Below, piece after piece: positions 48,112 through 56,916 of a stretch of 64,000 nucleotides of DNA. Position numbers and translations under genes: made by a program. A model generated the notes under the pieces. The model was not told the origin of the DNA. It did not search any database and saw nothing but the letters and a program-made list of their open reading frames with translations. How positions within the stretch are numbered: position 1 is the stretch's first letter; the number at the start of each line of letters is the position of its first letter. Source of the stretch: Eubacteriales bacterium (lineage in GTDB: Bacteria > Bacillota > Clostridia > Oscillospirales > UBA644); assembly GCA_045635765.1 (NCBI GenBank), contig JAZTWH010000011.1, positions 4,411 through 68,410 on the forward strand, given 5' to 3'.

Positions 48112-49671
48112 TTATTCTTCCCCAGAAGCAGGTGCGGAAACGGAAGCGGATTCCGAAGCGGATTCCGAAGCGGATTCGGAAGCGGAGGCGGGGCCGGATT
48201 CGGAGGCGTCGTTGCCCCGTCCCAGTGCGGCGTTCATCTTGGCTAGGGTCTTTTTATCCAAATTGTAAATAACCGCAAGGCCGATGAATTCCAGAAGGGC
48301 ACTGACCAGGAACAGAATTGCCACCAGGTAACGCATGTTGAGGGCCACTTCCGCCGTCTGTGCCCCGCCGTTTTCGCCCACATAGCCTAGGGCCACCATG
48401 ATCACCAGCACCAAAGAAGGACCGGCACCCTGAGCCAGCTTGCGGAAGAAGGAGTGCAGGGAGTAAACGATGCCCTCTTCTCTCTTCCCGGTTTTCCATT
48501 GGTTGTAGTCGATGGCGTCTCCCATCAGCGCCCAGGACACGGTGGAGTAAATGCCCAAGCCCAGATTGTAGATCAGCTGGCAAAGGATATAGATCAAAAG
48601 GCCCTTGCTGTCGGGAGTAATGGGAAGGACCACCAAGCCCACCCCCGCAACCACGGAGCAGAGAGAACCGAAAACGCACAGCTCTTTCTTTCCGAATTTT
48701 GCAACGGCTTTCCGGGCAAAGGGAGTAAAGCAGAGGATGGGAATCATAGAGAACAGCTGAACCACGCCGGAAATTTCGGGGTTCTTAAAGTAGGTTTGGA
48801 ACAGAACGGTGACGGCAGTGGCGGCACCCTGCATCCCAATAAACATCCCCATGGCGGCCAGAGTGGCACCTACGGCGGGCCGGTTCTTCATGAAATTGCC
48901 AAAGGCTACAAATACGTTAAATTTTTCCTGCTGTTCGTTCAGTTTTACGTTGGTGTCGACCCGGACTTTGGTGGTGCGGATCATAAATTGGAAGGCAAAG
49001 AAGCCCAAAACCCCCATGATCAGGGCTGCCCAAAATACGTTGTATCCCTGAAGATCCTTGATGACATCTCCGGCTTCGTCCAGCACCGCCTGACCGTTGG
49101 CGTCCACCCGGTCTTTCCAAATAAGAAAAGGAAGAATGACCATTGGGACCATGTTCCCGATCATGGAGCCGATGGAACGCCATGCGGAAAGGGACGCCCG
49201 GTCTTTTACGTCATTGGAAATAATTGACAAAAGAGATCCGTAGGGGACGTTTGCCACGGTGTAGAAGGCGTCCCAGATCACGTACCCGGCCAAAAAGACG
49301 ATGATCTTTATGACCCGGGGAGCGTTGGGAATGGGGATAAAGCACAGGGCCCCAGCTACCAAAAGACCAATCGACCCGGCCCAGATGTAAGCAAGGAACT
49401 TATTTCTCTTGTACTTGCGGCGGTCTGCGTCGATCATGGACCCGATCAGGGGATCGTTAATGGCGTCCCAAATCTGCACGAAGATCAGCAGAAGTGCGTA
49501 AAGGGAGTCCCCCAGACCCATAAATTGGGACCAGAAAATGGTGAGCGTTCCCTTCAGGGCGAAGCTCATGTTGCATCCGAAGTCACCGGCTGCGTAGGAG
49601 ATACTGTCAAGTATGCCGAACTTGCGTACCCCGTTGGCATCCAATTTTTTTTCTTTTGCCATGGTTTTCAT
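48112..49671 (-). CDS. GPH-family (glucuronide/glycoside) transporter with C-terminal Ser/Glu/Ala repeat tail
   Basis: SYAAGDFGCNMSF N-terminal motif and 12-TM profile. C-terminal SESASESASESAS is encoded by a 12-bp repeat (48136-48215). Confidence 0.85.
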   Translation of the reverse strand: MKTMAKEKKLDANGVRKFGILDSISYAAGDFGCNMSFALKGTLTIFWSQFMGLGDSLYALLLIFVQIWDAINDPLIGSMIDADRRKYKRNKFLAYIWAGSIGLLVAGALCFIPIPNAPRVIKIIVFLAGYVIWDAFYTVANVPYGSLLSIISNDVKDRASLSAWRSIGSMIGNMVPMVILPFLIWKDRVDANGQAVLDEAGDVIKDLQGYNVFWAALIMGVLGFFAFQFMIRTTKVRVDTNVKLNEQQEKFNVFVAFGNFMKNRPAVGATLAAMGMFIGMQGAATAVTVLFQTYFKNPEISGVVQLFSMIPILCFTPFARKAVAKFGKKELCVFGSLCSVVAGVGLVVLPITPDSKGLLIYILCQLIYNLGLGIYSTVSWALMGDAIDYNQWKTGKREEGIVYSLHSFFRKLAQGAGPSLVLVIMVALGYVGENGGAQTAEVALNMRYLVAILFLVSALLEFIGLAVIYNLDKKTLAKMNAALGRGNDASESGPASASESASESASESASVSAPASGEE

Positions 49672-49917
49672 CCTCTTTTCCTATTTTATTTTAATTTCAA
49701 AAAGAATTTCGGAGATATAAGAATACCTTCCATATAAGTATAAAGTATTTCCGAAAATTTTGTGAGTATTATTTTACACAAAATTTGTAATTTTTTAATG
49801 CTGTTACATATTTTCCTATTGTAATTAGACAAAAACTGTGATATAATAATAACAATAACTGGAAAATATATAAATTTTTCCAAATCAGAAGGACTGGGAA
49901 GGAGGGACCTGTACGCC

Positions 49918-51180
49918 ATGGAGTACGAGCAGCGAAACCCACGCGAACGCGAATACGCATATGAAAGCAAGCTGAGTCTGCTTCGGGATACCTTTGCCAA
50001 GGGGCACGTGCCCGTCTCTGTCGTGGCCCTGACCGATTCCATCAGTAAAGTATTTGCACTCGATTCCGAGCTTCCTTTTATGGGTCCTCTGGACCGGGCC
50101 TTGACCTTCCGTCAGTATTACGGAGATCCGGCACCGAAAACCGTGTACAAGGTTTGCGACCGATGGAACCGCTGCTATCTCTATTTTCTCCTCCCCGACG
50201 GAAAAGATTCCACCCTGTTATTTCTGGGTCCCTATCTTTCGGAAAAGCCGTCCTCCTTGCAGACCCTGGAGTTGGCGGAACAAGTGGGAATTTCCCCCAA
50301 GTTTCAACGGTATTTTGATGAATGGTACGCTGCAATTCCCGTGGTCTCCGAGGATAGCAGCTTGTTTTCTCTGCTGGATACCTTTTGTGAACACATTTGG
50401 GACAGCCCGTCCTTTTCTATCGAAGACGTGAATCGGGATGCACGGCTTCCGGCGTCTCCCATCAACGAAGTGGCACGAAGTGATGATTTTGACGGTATTT
50501 TGGTTAATATGAAGGCTATGGAAAATCGCTACCGCTTTGAAAACGAGCTGATGCGGGCCGTCAGCCTGGGCCAACTGCATAAGGAGAGTCAGCTCATCTC
50601 CGCATTTTCCGAATATTCCTTTGAAAAGCGGGCGGCGGACCCTTTACGCAACGCCAAGAATTATTGCATCATCATGAACACGTTGCTTCGGAAGGCCGCG
50701 GAGGGCGGCGGCGTTCATCCGATGTACCTGAACAACGTTTCTTCGGAGTTTGCTTTGAAAATAGAGCAGATGTCGTCCCTTTCCAAGAATTCCGACCTGA
50801 TGGGGGAGATGTTCCGGGGGTACTGCCGGCTGGTCCGCAAACATTCCCTGCGGTCCTATTCTCTTCCCGTTCAAAAAACCGTGCTTCTCATTGATTCGGA
50901 CTTGTCGGCCAATTTGACGTTGCACACTCTGGCAAAACACCAAAGCATCAGCCCGGGCTATCTTGCTACGCTTTTTAAGCGGGAGACGGGGAATACCGTT
51001 TCTCAGTACATTCGGAAAAAACGGATGAAGCACGCGGCCTATCTGTTGGCAACCACCCATTTACAGGTGCAGACCGTGGCCTTGCATTGCGGGATTATGG
51101 ACGTTCAATATTTTTCCAAAATCTTTAAACGGGAGACGGGAAAGACCCCAAAGGAATACCGGGAAACGGTGAAACGCTGA
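49918..51180 (+). CDS. AraC-family transcriptional regulator
   Basis: C-terminal dual HTH (LHTLAKHQSISPGYLATLFKRETGNTVSQYIRKKRMKHAAYLL...TVALHCGIMDVQYFSKIFKRETGKTPKEYR). Confidence 0.9.
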   Translation: MEYEQRNPREREYAYESKLSLLRDTFAKGHVPVSVVALTDSISKVFALDSELPFMGPLDRALTFRQYYGDPAPKTVYKVCDRWNRCYLYFLLPDGKDSTLLFLGPYLSEKPSSLQTLELAEQVGISPKFQRYFDEWYAAIPVVSEDSSLFSLLDTFCEHIWDSPSFSIEDVNRDARLPASPINEVARSDDFDGILVNMKAMENRYRFENELMRAVSLGQLHKESQLISAFSEYSFEKRAADPLRNAKNYCIIMNTLLRKAAEGGGVHPMYLNNVSSEFALKIEQMSSLSKNSDLMGEMFRGYCRLVRKHSLRSYSLPVQKTVLLIDSDLSANLTLHTLAKHQSISPGYLATLFKRETGNTVSQYIRKKRMKHAAYLLATTHLQVQTVALHCGIMDVQYFSKIFKRETGKTPKEYRETVKR

Positions 51181-51290
51181 ACCGTGACGGGATTTGCAAT
51201 CTTTTTTGCAGAAAAATCTCATTGTATCACACCGACTTAAGTGGTATAATAATGGAATAAGAAAAGAAAACTTTGGAAAAGGTGTATAAT

Positions 51291-52694
51291 ATGAAGCAGT
51301 TTATGGATTCGGATTTTCTGTTGACCACCGAAACGGCAAAGGAGCTTTATCACGACGTTGCCGCATCTCTGCCCATCGTGGACTACCATTGTCACGTATC
51401 CCCCAAGGAGATTTTTGAGGACCGCCACTTTGAGAATATCACCCAGGTCTGGCTGGGAGCAGACCATTACAAATGGCGTATCATGCGTTCCAACGGCGTG
51501 GAAGAGCATTATATTACGGGAGATGCCTCCGACCGGGAAAAATTTCAAAAGTTTGCCGAGACCCTTCCCAAGGCCATCGGCAACCCCATGTACCATTGGT
51601 GTCATATGGAATTGCGTCGGTATTTCGGGTATGACGGGATTCTGAACGGGGAGACCGCCCAAAAGGTCTGGGATTTGACGGCGGAGAAATTGAAGGAAGA
51701 AACCATGGGCGTCCGGGGCTTGATTTCGCAGAGCAACGTTGCTTTTATCGGCACCACCGACGACCCGGTGGATTCTCTGGAGTGGCACGAAAAAATTGCT
51801 CGGGACCCTTCCGTAACGGCCGTAGTGGCCCCCTCCTTCCGTCCCGATAAGGCCCTGAACGTCGACAAGCCCGGCTGGAAGGAATATATGGAGACCCTGT
51901 CCACCCGTTCCGGCGTCTCCATCGACGGCATCGGAGCTTTGAAGGAGGCTCTGACCAAACGAATGGGCTATTTTAACGCCCGCGGATGCCGGGCCAGCGA
52001 CCATGGATTGGACTATGCCGTTTTCCGTCCCGCCGACGAAGAAACGGTAGATGGAATCGTCAAAAAAGGCCTTTCGGGACAGTCGGTCACTGCCGAAGAA
52101 GGGGAGATGCTAAAGACCCATCTTCTTCTGTTCTGTGCCGAAAGCTACGCCCGTCTGGGTTGGGTCATGCAGATTCACTACAACTGCCTTCGAAATCCCA
52201 ATTCCGCCTCCTTCCGGGCCTTGGGCCCCGATACGGGATTTGATATTATCGGCCCCCACAACGGGGGACCGGCCCTGACTCAGCTACTGGATGATCTTCA
52301 CGGGAAAAACGCTCTGCCCCGGACGGTTCTTTACAGCCTTGACGCCGGCGATAACAGCTTTTTGGATACGCTTTTGGGGGCGTTTCAGGGCCCCGGAATC
52401 CCGGGAAAGATCCAACACGGCAGTGCTTGGTGGTTCAACGATCACAAACAGGGCATGATCGACCAAATGGTCAGCCTCGCCAGCCTGAGCCTTTTGGGGA
52501 ATTTCATCGGAATGCTGACCGATTCCCGGAGTTTTTTGAGTTATGCCCGTCACGAATACTTCCGCCGGATTTTGTGCCAACTTTTGGGACGTTGGGTGGA
52601 GGACGGCGAATACCCCAAGGACGAAACTGCCCTTAAGTCCATCGTCCGGGGAATCTGCTACCGAAATGCCGTCCGCTATTTCGATTTGGGTTAA
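51291..52694 (+). CDS. uxaC: glucuronate isomerase
   Basis: MKQFMDSDFLLTTETAKELYHDVAASLPIVDYHCHVSPKEI..., HWCHMELR and WWFND motifs. Start at ATG 51291; the ORF track begins at an upstream TTG. Confidence 0.95.
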   Translation: MKQFMDSDFLLTTETAKELYHDVAASLPIVDYHCHVSPKEIFEDRHFENITQVWLGADHYKWRIMRSNGVEEHYITGDASDREKFQKFAETLPKAIGNPMYHWCHMELRRYFGYDGILNGETAQKVWDLTAEKLKEETMGVRGLISQSNVAFIGTTDDPVDSLEWHEKIARDPSVTAVVAPSFRPDKALNVDKPGWKEYMETLSTRSGVSIDGIGALKEALTKRMGYFNARGCRASDHGLDYAVFRPADEETVDGIVKKGLSGQSVTAEEGEMLKTHLLLFCAESYARLGWVMQIHYNCLRNPNSASFRALGPDTGFDIIGPHNGGPALTQLLDDLHGKNALPRTVLYSLDAGDNSFLDTLLGAFQGPGIPGKIQHGSAWWFNDHKQGMIDQMVSLASLSLLGNFIGMLTDSRSFLSYARHEYFRRILCQLLGRWVEDGEYPKDETALKSIVRGICYRNAVRYFDLG

Positions 52695-52752
52695 CTCAAG
52701 TCCGCCAATGGGAATGGAGCTATACCCCGTTTGCCGTTTTGTTTTAGAACCT

Positions 52753-53020
52753 AATCGCAATTGGTTTTACAACTCAGTGGCCACACGTTTTATAACTCAA
52801 TTGCCATCCGTTTACGGCTCAAACGCATTGGTTTACAACTCAATTGCCATCCGCTTACGGCTCAATTAACATTTTGTTTTCGGCTCAAACGTAATTGATT
52901 TTACAACTCAATCGACATTGGTTTTACAACTCAATTGCAATTCGTTTTACAGCTCCATCGTAATTTCGTTTTACTCAGTTGCAATTCTGTTGCATTCAAT
53001 TGAAATTTGAATTTGAACCT
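52753..53020. repeat. tandem repeat array I (about 22-bp unit x 12) between uxaC and uxuA
   Basis: CAATTGCCATCCGTTTACGGCT / CAAACGCATTGGTTTACAACT / CAATCGACATTGGTTTTACAACT etc., with consensus roughly CAATYGNNATTNGTTTTACARCT. Confidence 0.9.
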
Positions 53021-53054
53021 GAAGGTTTTACGCAAGAAAAGGAGGAATTTGGCC

Positions 53055-54140
53055 ATGCAAATGACATTCCGTTGGTACGGAGAGGGGAATGACAAGATTA
53101 CCCCCGCCGACATCAAGCAGATTCCGGGGGTTACGGGCCTGGTCTGGGCGTTGCACGATAAGATGCCCGGCGAAGTCTGGCCGGTAGAGGAGATTGCCCG
53201 GGTGCAGAAACAGCTGGAACCCTACGGATTTAACATGGACGTGGTGGAATCGGTGAACGTCCACGACGATATTAAGATCGGGCTTCCCACGCGGGATCGG
53301 TATATTGAGAATTATAAGCAGACCATCCGAAATCTTTCTCAGTTTGGCGTGAAGGTCATTTGCTACAATTTCATGCCCGTCTTCGACTGGACCCGCAGTA
53401 ATTTATTTCATCCCGTGGGAGACGGCTCCACGGCTCTTTTCTATGAAAAGAACATGATCCAGACCGATTACAACGCCATGGCCCAGTATATTTTGGATTT
53501 TACGGAAAAATATAATATGAGCTTCCCCGGTTGGGAGCCGGAACGAATGGCAAAGCTGGATGAATTGTTTCATGCGTACGCTGAGGTGGATCACGAAACG
53601 CTGTGGGCGAATTTGAAATACTTTTTGCAAGCCGTTATGCCCACCTGTCGGGAGTGCCATATTAAAATGGCCATTCATATGGACGACCCCCCGTGGGACA
53701 TTTTCGGCCTGCCCCGGTTGTTGGTCAACGAGGAAACTATCGACCGTTTCCTTAACATGGTGGACGATGAATACAACTGCCTGACCCTTTGCTCCGGGTC
53801 CTTGAACGCAGACCCGAAGAACAATGTGGCGGACATCATCCGCAAGCACTGCGACCGCATCGCCTTTGCCCATATCCGCAACGTCAAGCATTTTGAGAAC
53901 GGCGATTTTTCCGAGGCCAGCCACCGGGATTGCGACGGGGATACGGGAATTTTGGAAATTCTGCGGGCGTACCACGACTGCGGTTATCAAGGGTATATCC
54001 GTCCCGACCACGGCCGGCATCTTTGGCGCGAAGGCCCCGGCACGGTCCGTCCCGGATATGGTCTTTACGACCGGGCCCTGGGAATTATGTATATGCTGGG
54101 CTGTTGGGATATGTTGGACCGGCTGAAGGGAAAAAAATAA
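53055..54140 (+). CDS. uxuA: mannonate dehydratase
   Basis: MQMTFRWYGEGNDKIT...IKQIPGVTGLVWALHD typical UxuA N-terminus. ATG is 7 nt after AAAGGAGGAA. Confidence 0.93.
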   Translation: MQMTFRWYGEGNDKITPADIKQIPGVTGLVWALHDKMPGEVWPVEEIARVQKQLEPYGFNMDVVESVNVHDDIKIGLPTRDRYIENYKQTIRNLSQFGVKVICYNFMPVFDWTRSNLFHPVGDGSTALFYEKNMIQTDYNAMAQYILDFTEKYNMSFPGWEPERMAKLDELFHAYAEVDHETLWANLKYFLQAVMPTCRECHIKMAIHMDDPPWDIFGLPRLLVNEETIDRFLNMVDDEYNCLTLCSGSLNADPKNNVADIIRKHCDRIAFAHIRNVKHFENGDFSEASHRDCDGDTGILEILRAYHDCGYQGYIRPDHGRHLWREGPGTVRPGYGLYDRALGIMYMLGCWDMLDRLKGKK

Positions 54141-54264
54141 GACCCAAAAGGGCCTTTTCATTGCCAAATAATTGAAATTTTGTGGAATAAATCGCAAAGC
54201 CGTTCCAATGCTATTGATAGGACGGGGTTTGTGACGTTCTAAAAACAGTTAGGGAAGAGGAGTT

Positions 54265-55119
54265 ATGATGAAACAAAACGTTTTGAATACGGATTTGACC
54301 GGGAAGGTGGCGGTGGTTACCGGTGCCGGCGGAGTTTTGTGCAGCTATTTTGCCAAGGTTCTGGCTCGGGCCGGGGCAAAGGTGGCCCTGTTGGACATCA
54401 ACGAAGACGCCGCCCGGACCTACGCCGAGGAAATTGCGGCCGAGGGCGGAATCGCCAAGGCCTTTGCCTGCAATGTGTTGGATAAGGCCGCTTGCTACGC
54501 CGTGGCCGATCAGGTTGCGGCCGACCTTGGACCTTGCGATATTCTGGTCAACGGTGCCGGCGGAAACAATCCCCGGGCCACCACCGACAAAGAATATTTT
54601 GAGTTAGGGGATATTGACGCAGAGACCAAGTCCTTCTTCGATCTGGAATCGGAAGGGGTCGGCTTCGTCTTTAATCTCAACTTCCTGGGCACCCTCATCC
54701 CCACCCAGGCCTTTGCCCGGCAGATGGTGGGGAGGGAAGGATGCAATATCCTGAATATTTCGTCCATGAACGCCTATACGCCTTTGACCAAAATTCCGGC
54801 CTATTCCGGGGCGAAGGCCGCCATTTCCAATTTTACCCAATGGCTGGCCGTCCATTTTTCCAAGGTGGGGATTCGGGTCAATGCCATTGCCCCCGGGTTC
54901 TTTTCTACCCAGCAGAACGCCAAGCTTCTGTTTCGCGATGACGGAACCCCCACGGCCCGGACCGGGAAGATCCTTGCCGCCACCCCCATGGGACGGTTTG
55001 GAGAAAGCGAAGAGCTGGAGGGCGGTCTTTTATTCCTTTTAGACAACCAAGCCGCAGGCTTTATTACCGGAGTGGTCCTGCCTATTGACGGCGGATTCTC
55101 CGCATATTCAGGAGTGTGA
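54265..55119 (+). CDS. SDR-family oxidoreductase, probable D-mannonate (fructuronate) oxidoreductase
   Basis: TGAGGVLC Rossmann motif, YSGAKAA catalytic motif, and position between uxuA and eda, as for the B. subtilis YjmF-type UxuB. Confidence 0.75.
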   Translation: MMKQNVLNTDLTGKVAVVTGAGGVLCSYFAKVLARAGAKVALLDINEDAARTYAEEIAAEGGIAKAFACNVLDKAACYAVADQVAADLGPCDILVNGAGGNNPRATTDKEYFELGDIDAETKSFFDLESEGVGFVFNLNFLGTLIPTQAFARQMVGREGCNILNISSMNAYTPLTKIPAYSGAKAAISNFTQWLAVHFSKVGIRVNAIAPGFFSTQQNAKLLFRDDGTPTARTGKILAATPMGRFGESEELEGGLLFLLDNQAAGFITGVVLPIDGGFSAYSGV

Positions 55120-55123
55120 TCTT

Positions 55124-55678
55124 ATGGAAAAATTCGTCCCCGTAGTCGTTATCAAAGAGTTGTCTGAGACCGACAAAATTTTGACCGCGTTGAAAAATCA
55201 CGGCATCAACTGTGCCGAGATTACCTTCCGGACTTCTTGTGCCGCCCAGGCCATTGCCTACGCCTGCAAGAACTATCCCGAGATGTCTATCGGTGCCGGC
55301 ACGGTCATCAACGCCGAGCAGTGTAATGCGGCTCTTCAAGCCGGAGCTCAGTTTATCGTTTCTCCCGGTCTTTCCGTTGCCGTTGCCAGCATCTGCAATG
55401 AGAAAAACATTCCCTACTATCCCGGTTGCGTTACTCCTACGGAGATTATGCAGGCCCTGGAGCTGGGTATTACGACCGTAAAATTTTTCCCCGCCAACGT
55501 GTACGGCGGTCTGAAGGCCCTGAAGGCTCTCTCCGCACCCTTCCCCCAGGTCAAATTCATCCCCACCGGCGGGGTGGACCGGAGCAACATCGACGAGTTC
55601 TTGGCCTTCGATAAAATTGCGGCCATCGGCGGAAGCTTCTTTGTGAAGGAAGCCCTGGAAAAGATGGAAAATCAATAA
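55124..55678 (+). CDS. eda: 2-dehydro-3-deoxyphosphogluconate (KDPG) aldolase
   Basis: VPVVVIKE...INCAEITFRT...GAGTV....Q...A..AGAQFIVSPG...KFFPA pattern. Start at MEKF (55124) after AGGAG. Confidence 0.9.
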   Translation: MEKFVPVVVIKELSETDKILTALKNHGINCAEITFRTSCAAQAIAYACKNYPEMSIGAGTVINAEQCNAALQAGAQFIVSPGLSVAVASICNEKNIPYYPGCVTPTEIMQALELGITTVKFFPANVYGGLKALKALSAPFPQVKFIPTGGVDRSNIDEFLAFDKIAAIGGSFFVKEALEKMENQ

Positions 55679-56913
55679 TGGCATTGCACGTTTTAGACGA
55701 GGCAAACCGTTGTCTTGAATGTAAAAATCCAGCCTGTCGCAAGGGCTGTCCCATCAACACCCCCATCCCCGACGCGATCAAGATGTTAAAGGAAAACCGG
55801 CTGGACGAGGCCGGAAAAATGCTCTTTGAAAACAATCCCCTTACCACGGTTTGCAGTCTGATCTGCAATCATGAAAAGCAGTGCGAGGGGCATTGTGTTT
55901 TGGCAAGAAAGGGCAATCCCGTGCATTTTTCTGCCATCGAAAGCTATATTTCCAACGCCTACGCCCCCAAAATGGTGGAGGGCCCCCGGGTCTCCAACGG
56001 TATGAAGGTGGCCATCGTCGGGTCCGGCCCTGCGGGCCTTACCATTGCCATCCTTTTGGCCCGGTACGGCTATCAGATCACGATTTTTGAGAGCAAGGAC
56101 AAACTCGGCGGAATCTTGAGATACGGGATCCCGGAATTTCGGCTTCCCAAGAGCGTTTTGGACGATTTTCAGTATCGGCATATTGAATTAAAAGGGATTC
56201 GGATCCGGCCCAACATCCGCATCGGCGACGCCATCGGGATCGACGATCTGTTCCGTGATGGGTATAAGGCAATCTTTATCGGCACTGGAGTATGGCGGGC
56301 TAACACTCTGCATATCAAAGGGGAGACCCTTGGCAACGTTCACTATGCCATCGATTATCTCAAAAATCCCGGCGTTTACAAGCTGGGGGACCGGGTGACC
56401 ATCATTGGCGCCGGAAATGCCGCGATGGACGTGGCCCGGACCGTCATTCGCAATGGGAGCAGAAATGTTACGTGCTTTTCCATCAGCAAGCAGGTTGCGG
56501 CCAGCGATTACGAATTCAAATACGCCAAACTGGAAGGCGTAAAATTTGAATACAACCGAAAACCGGTGGAAATTTTGGATGACGGCGTTCTGTTCCGTGC
56601 CGTGGCGGAGGATGGGGAGGGCAACTACACGGAAATCGAAGGCAGTGACGTCTTTTATCCCTCTTCGTCGGTCATCATCGCCATCAGTCAGGGCCCGAGA
56701 AACGTAATCGTTTCCTCAACCACGGGCCTTGAGGTTAATGAACGGGGTCTGTTGCGTGCCGATGAATACGGCAACACCAGCCGTCCCGGCGTCTTTGCTT
56801 CCGGTGATGTGGTCAACGGTGCCCGAACCGTGGTGGAGGCCGTGGCCCGCAGTAAGATTGTGGCGGAAACCATGCATCAATATATGAAAAACTTAAAAGA
56901 GAATGGAGAGTAA
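55678..56913 (+). CDS. GltD/NfnB-like NAD(P)H-dependent FAD/Fe-S oxidoreductase (glutamate synthase small-subunit family)
   Basis: N-terminal CLECKNPACRKGCP and C..C.GHC clusters. VAIVGSGPAGL and IIGAGNAAMD dinucleotide folds. Its ATG overlaps the eda TAA (TAATG). Confidence 0.85.
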   Translation: MALHVLDEANRCLECKNPACRKGCPINTPIPDAIKMLKENRLDEAGKMLFENNPLTTVCSLICNHEKQCEGHCVLARKGNPVHFSAIESYISNAYAPKMVEGPRVSNGMKVAIVGSGPAGLTIAILLARYGYQITIFESKDKLGGILRYGIPEFRLPKSVLDDFQYRHIELKGIRIRPNIRIGDAIGIDDLFRDGYKAIFIGTGVWRANTLHIKGETLGNVHYAIDYLKNPGVYKLGDRVTIIGAGNAAMDVARTVIRNGSRNVTCFSISKQVAASDYEFKYAKLEGVKFEYNRKPVEILDDGVLFRAVAEDGEGNYTEIEGSDVFYPSSSVIIAISQGPRNVIVSSTTGLEVNERGLLRADEYGNTSRPGVFASGDVVNGARTVVEAVARSKIVAETMHQYMKNLKENGE

Positions 56914-56916
56914 AAA

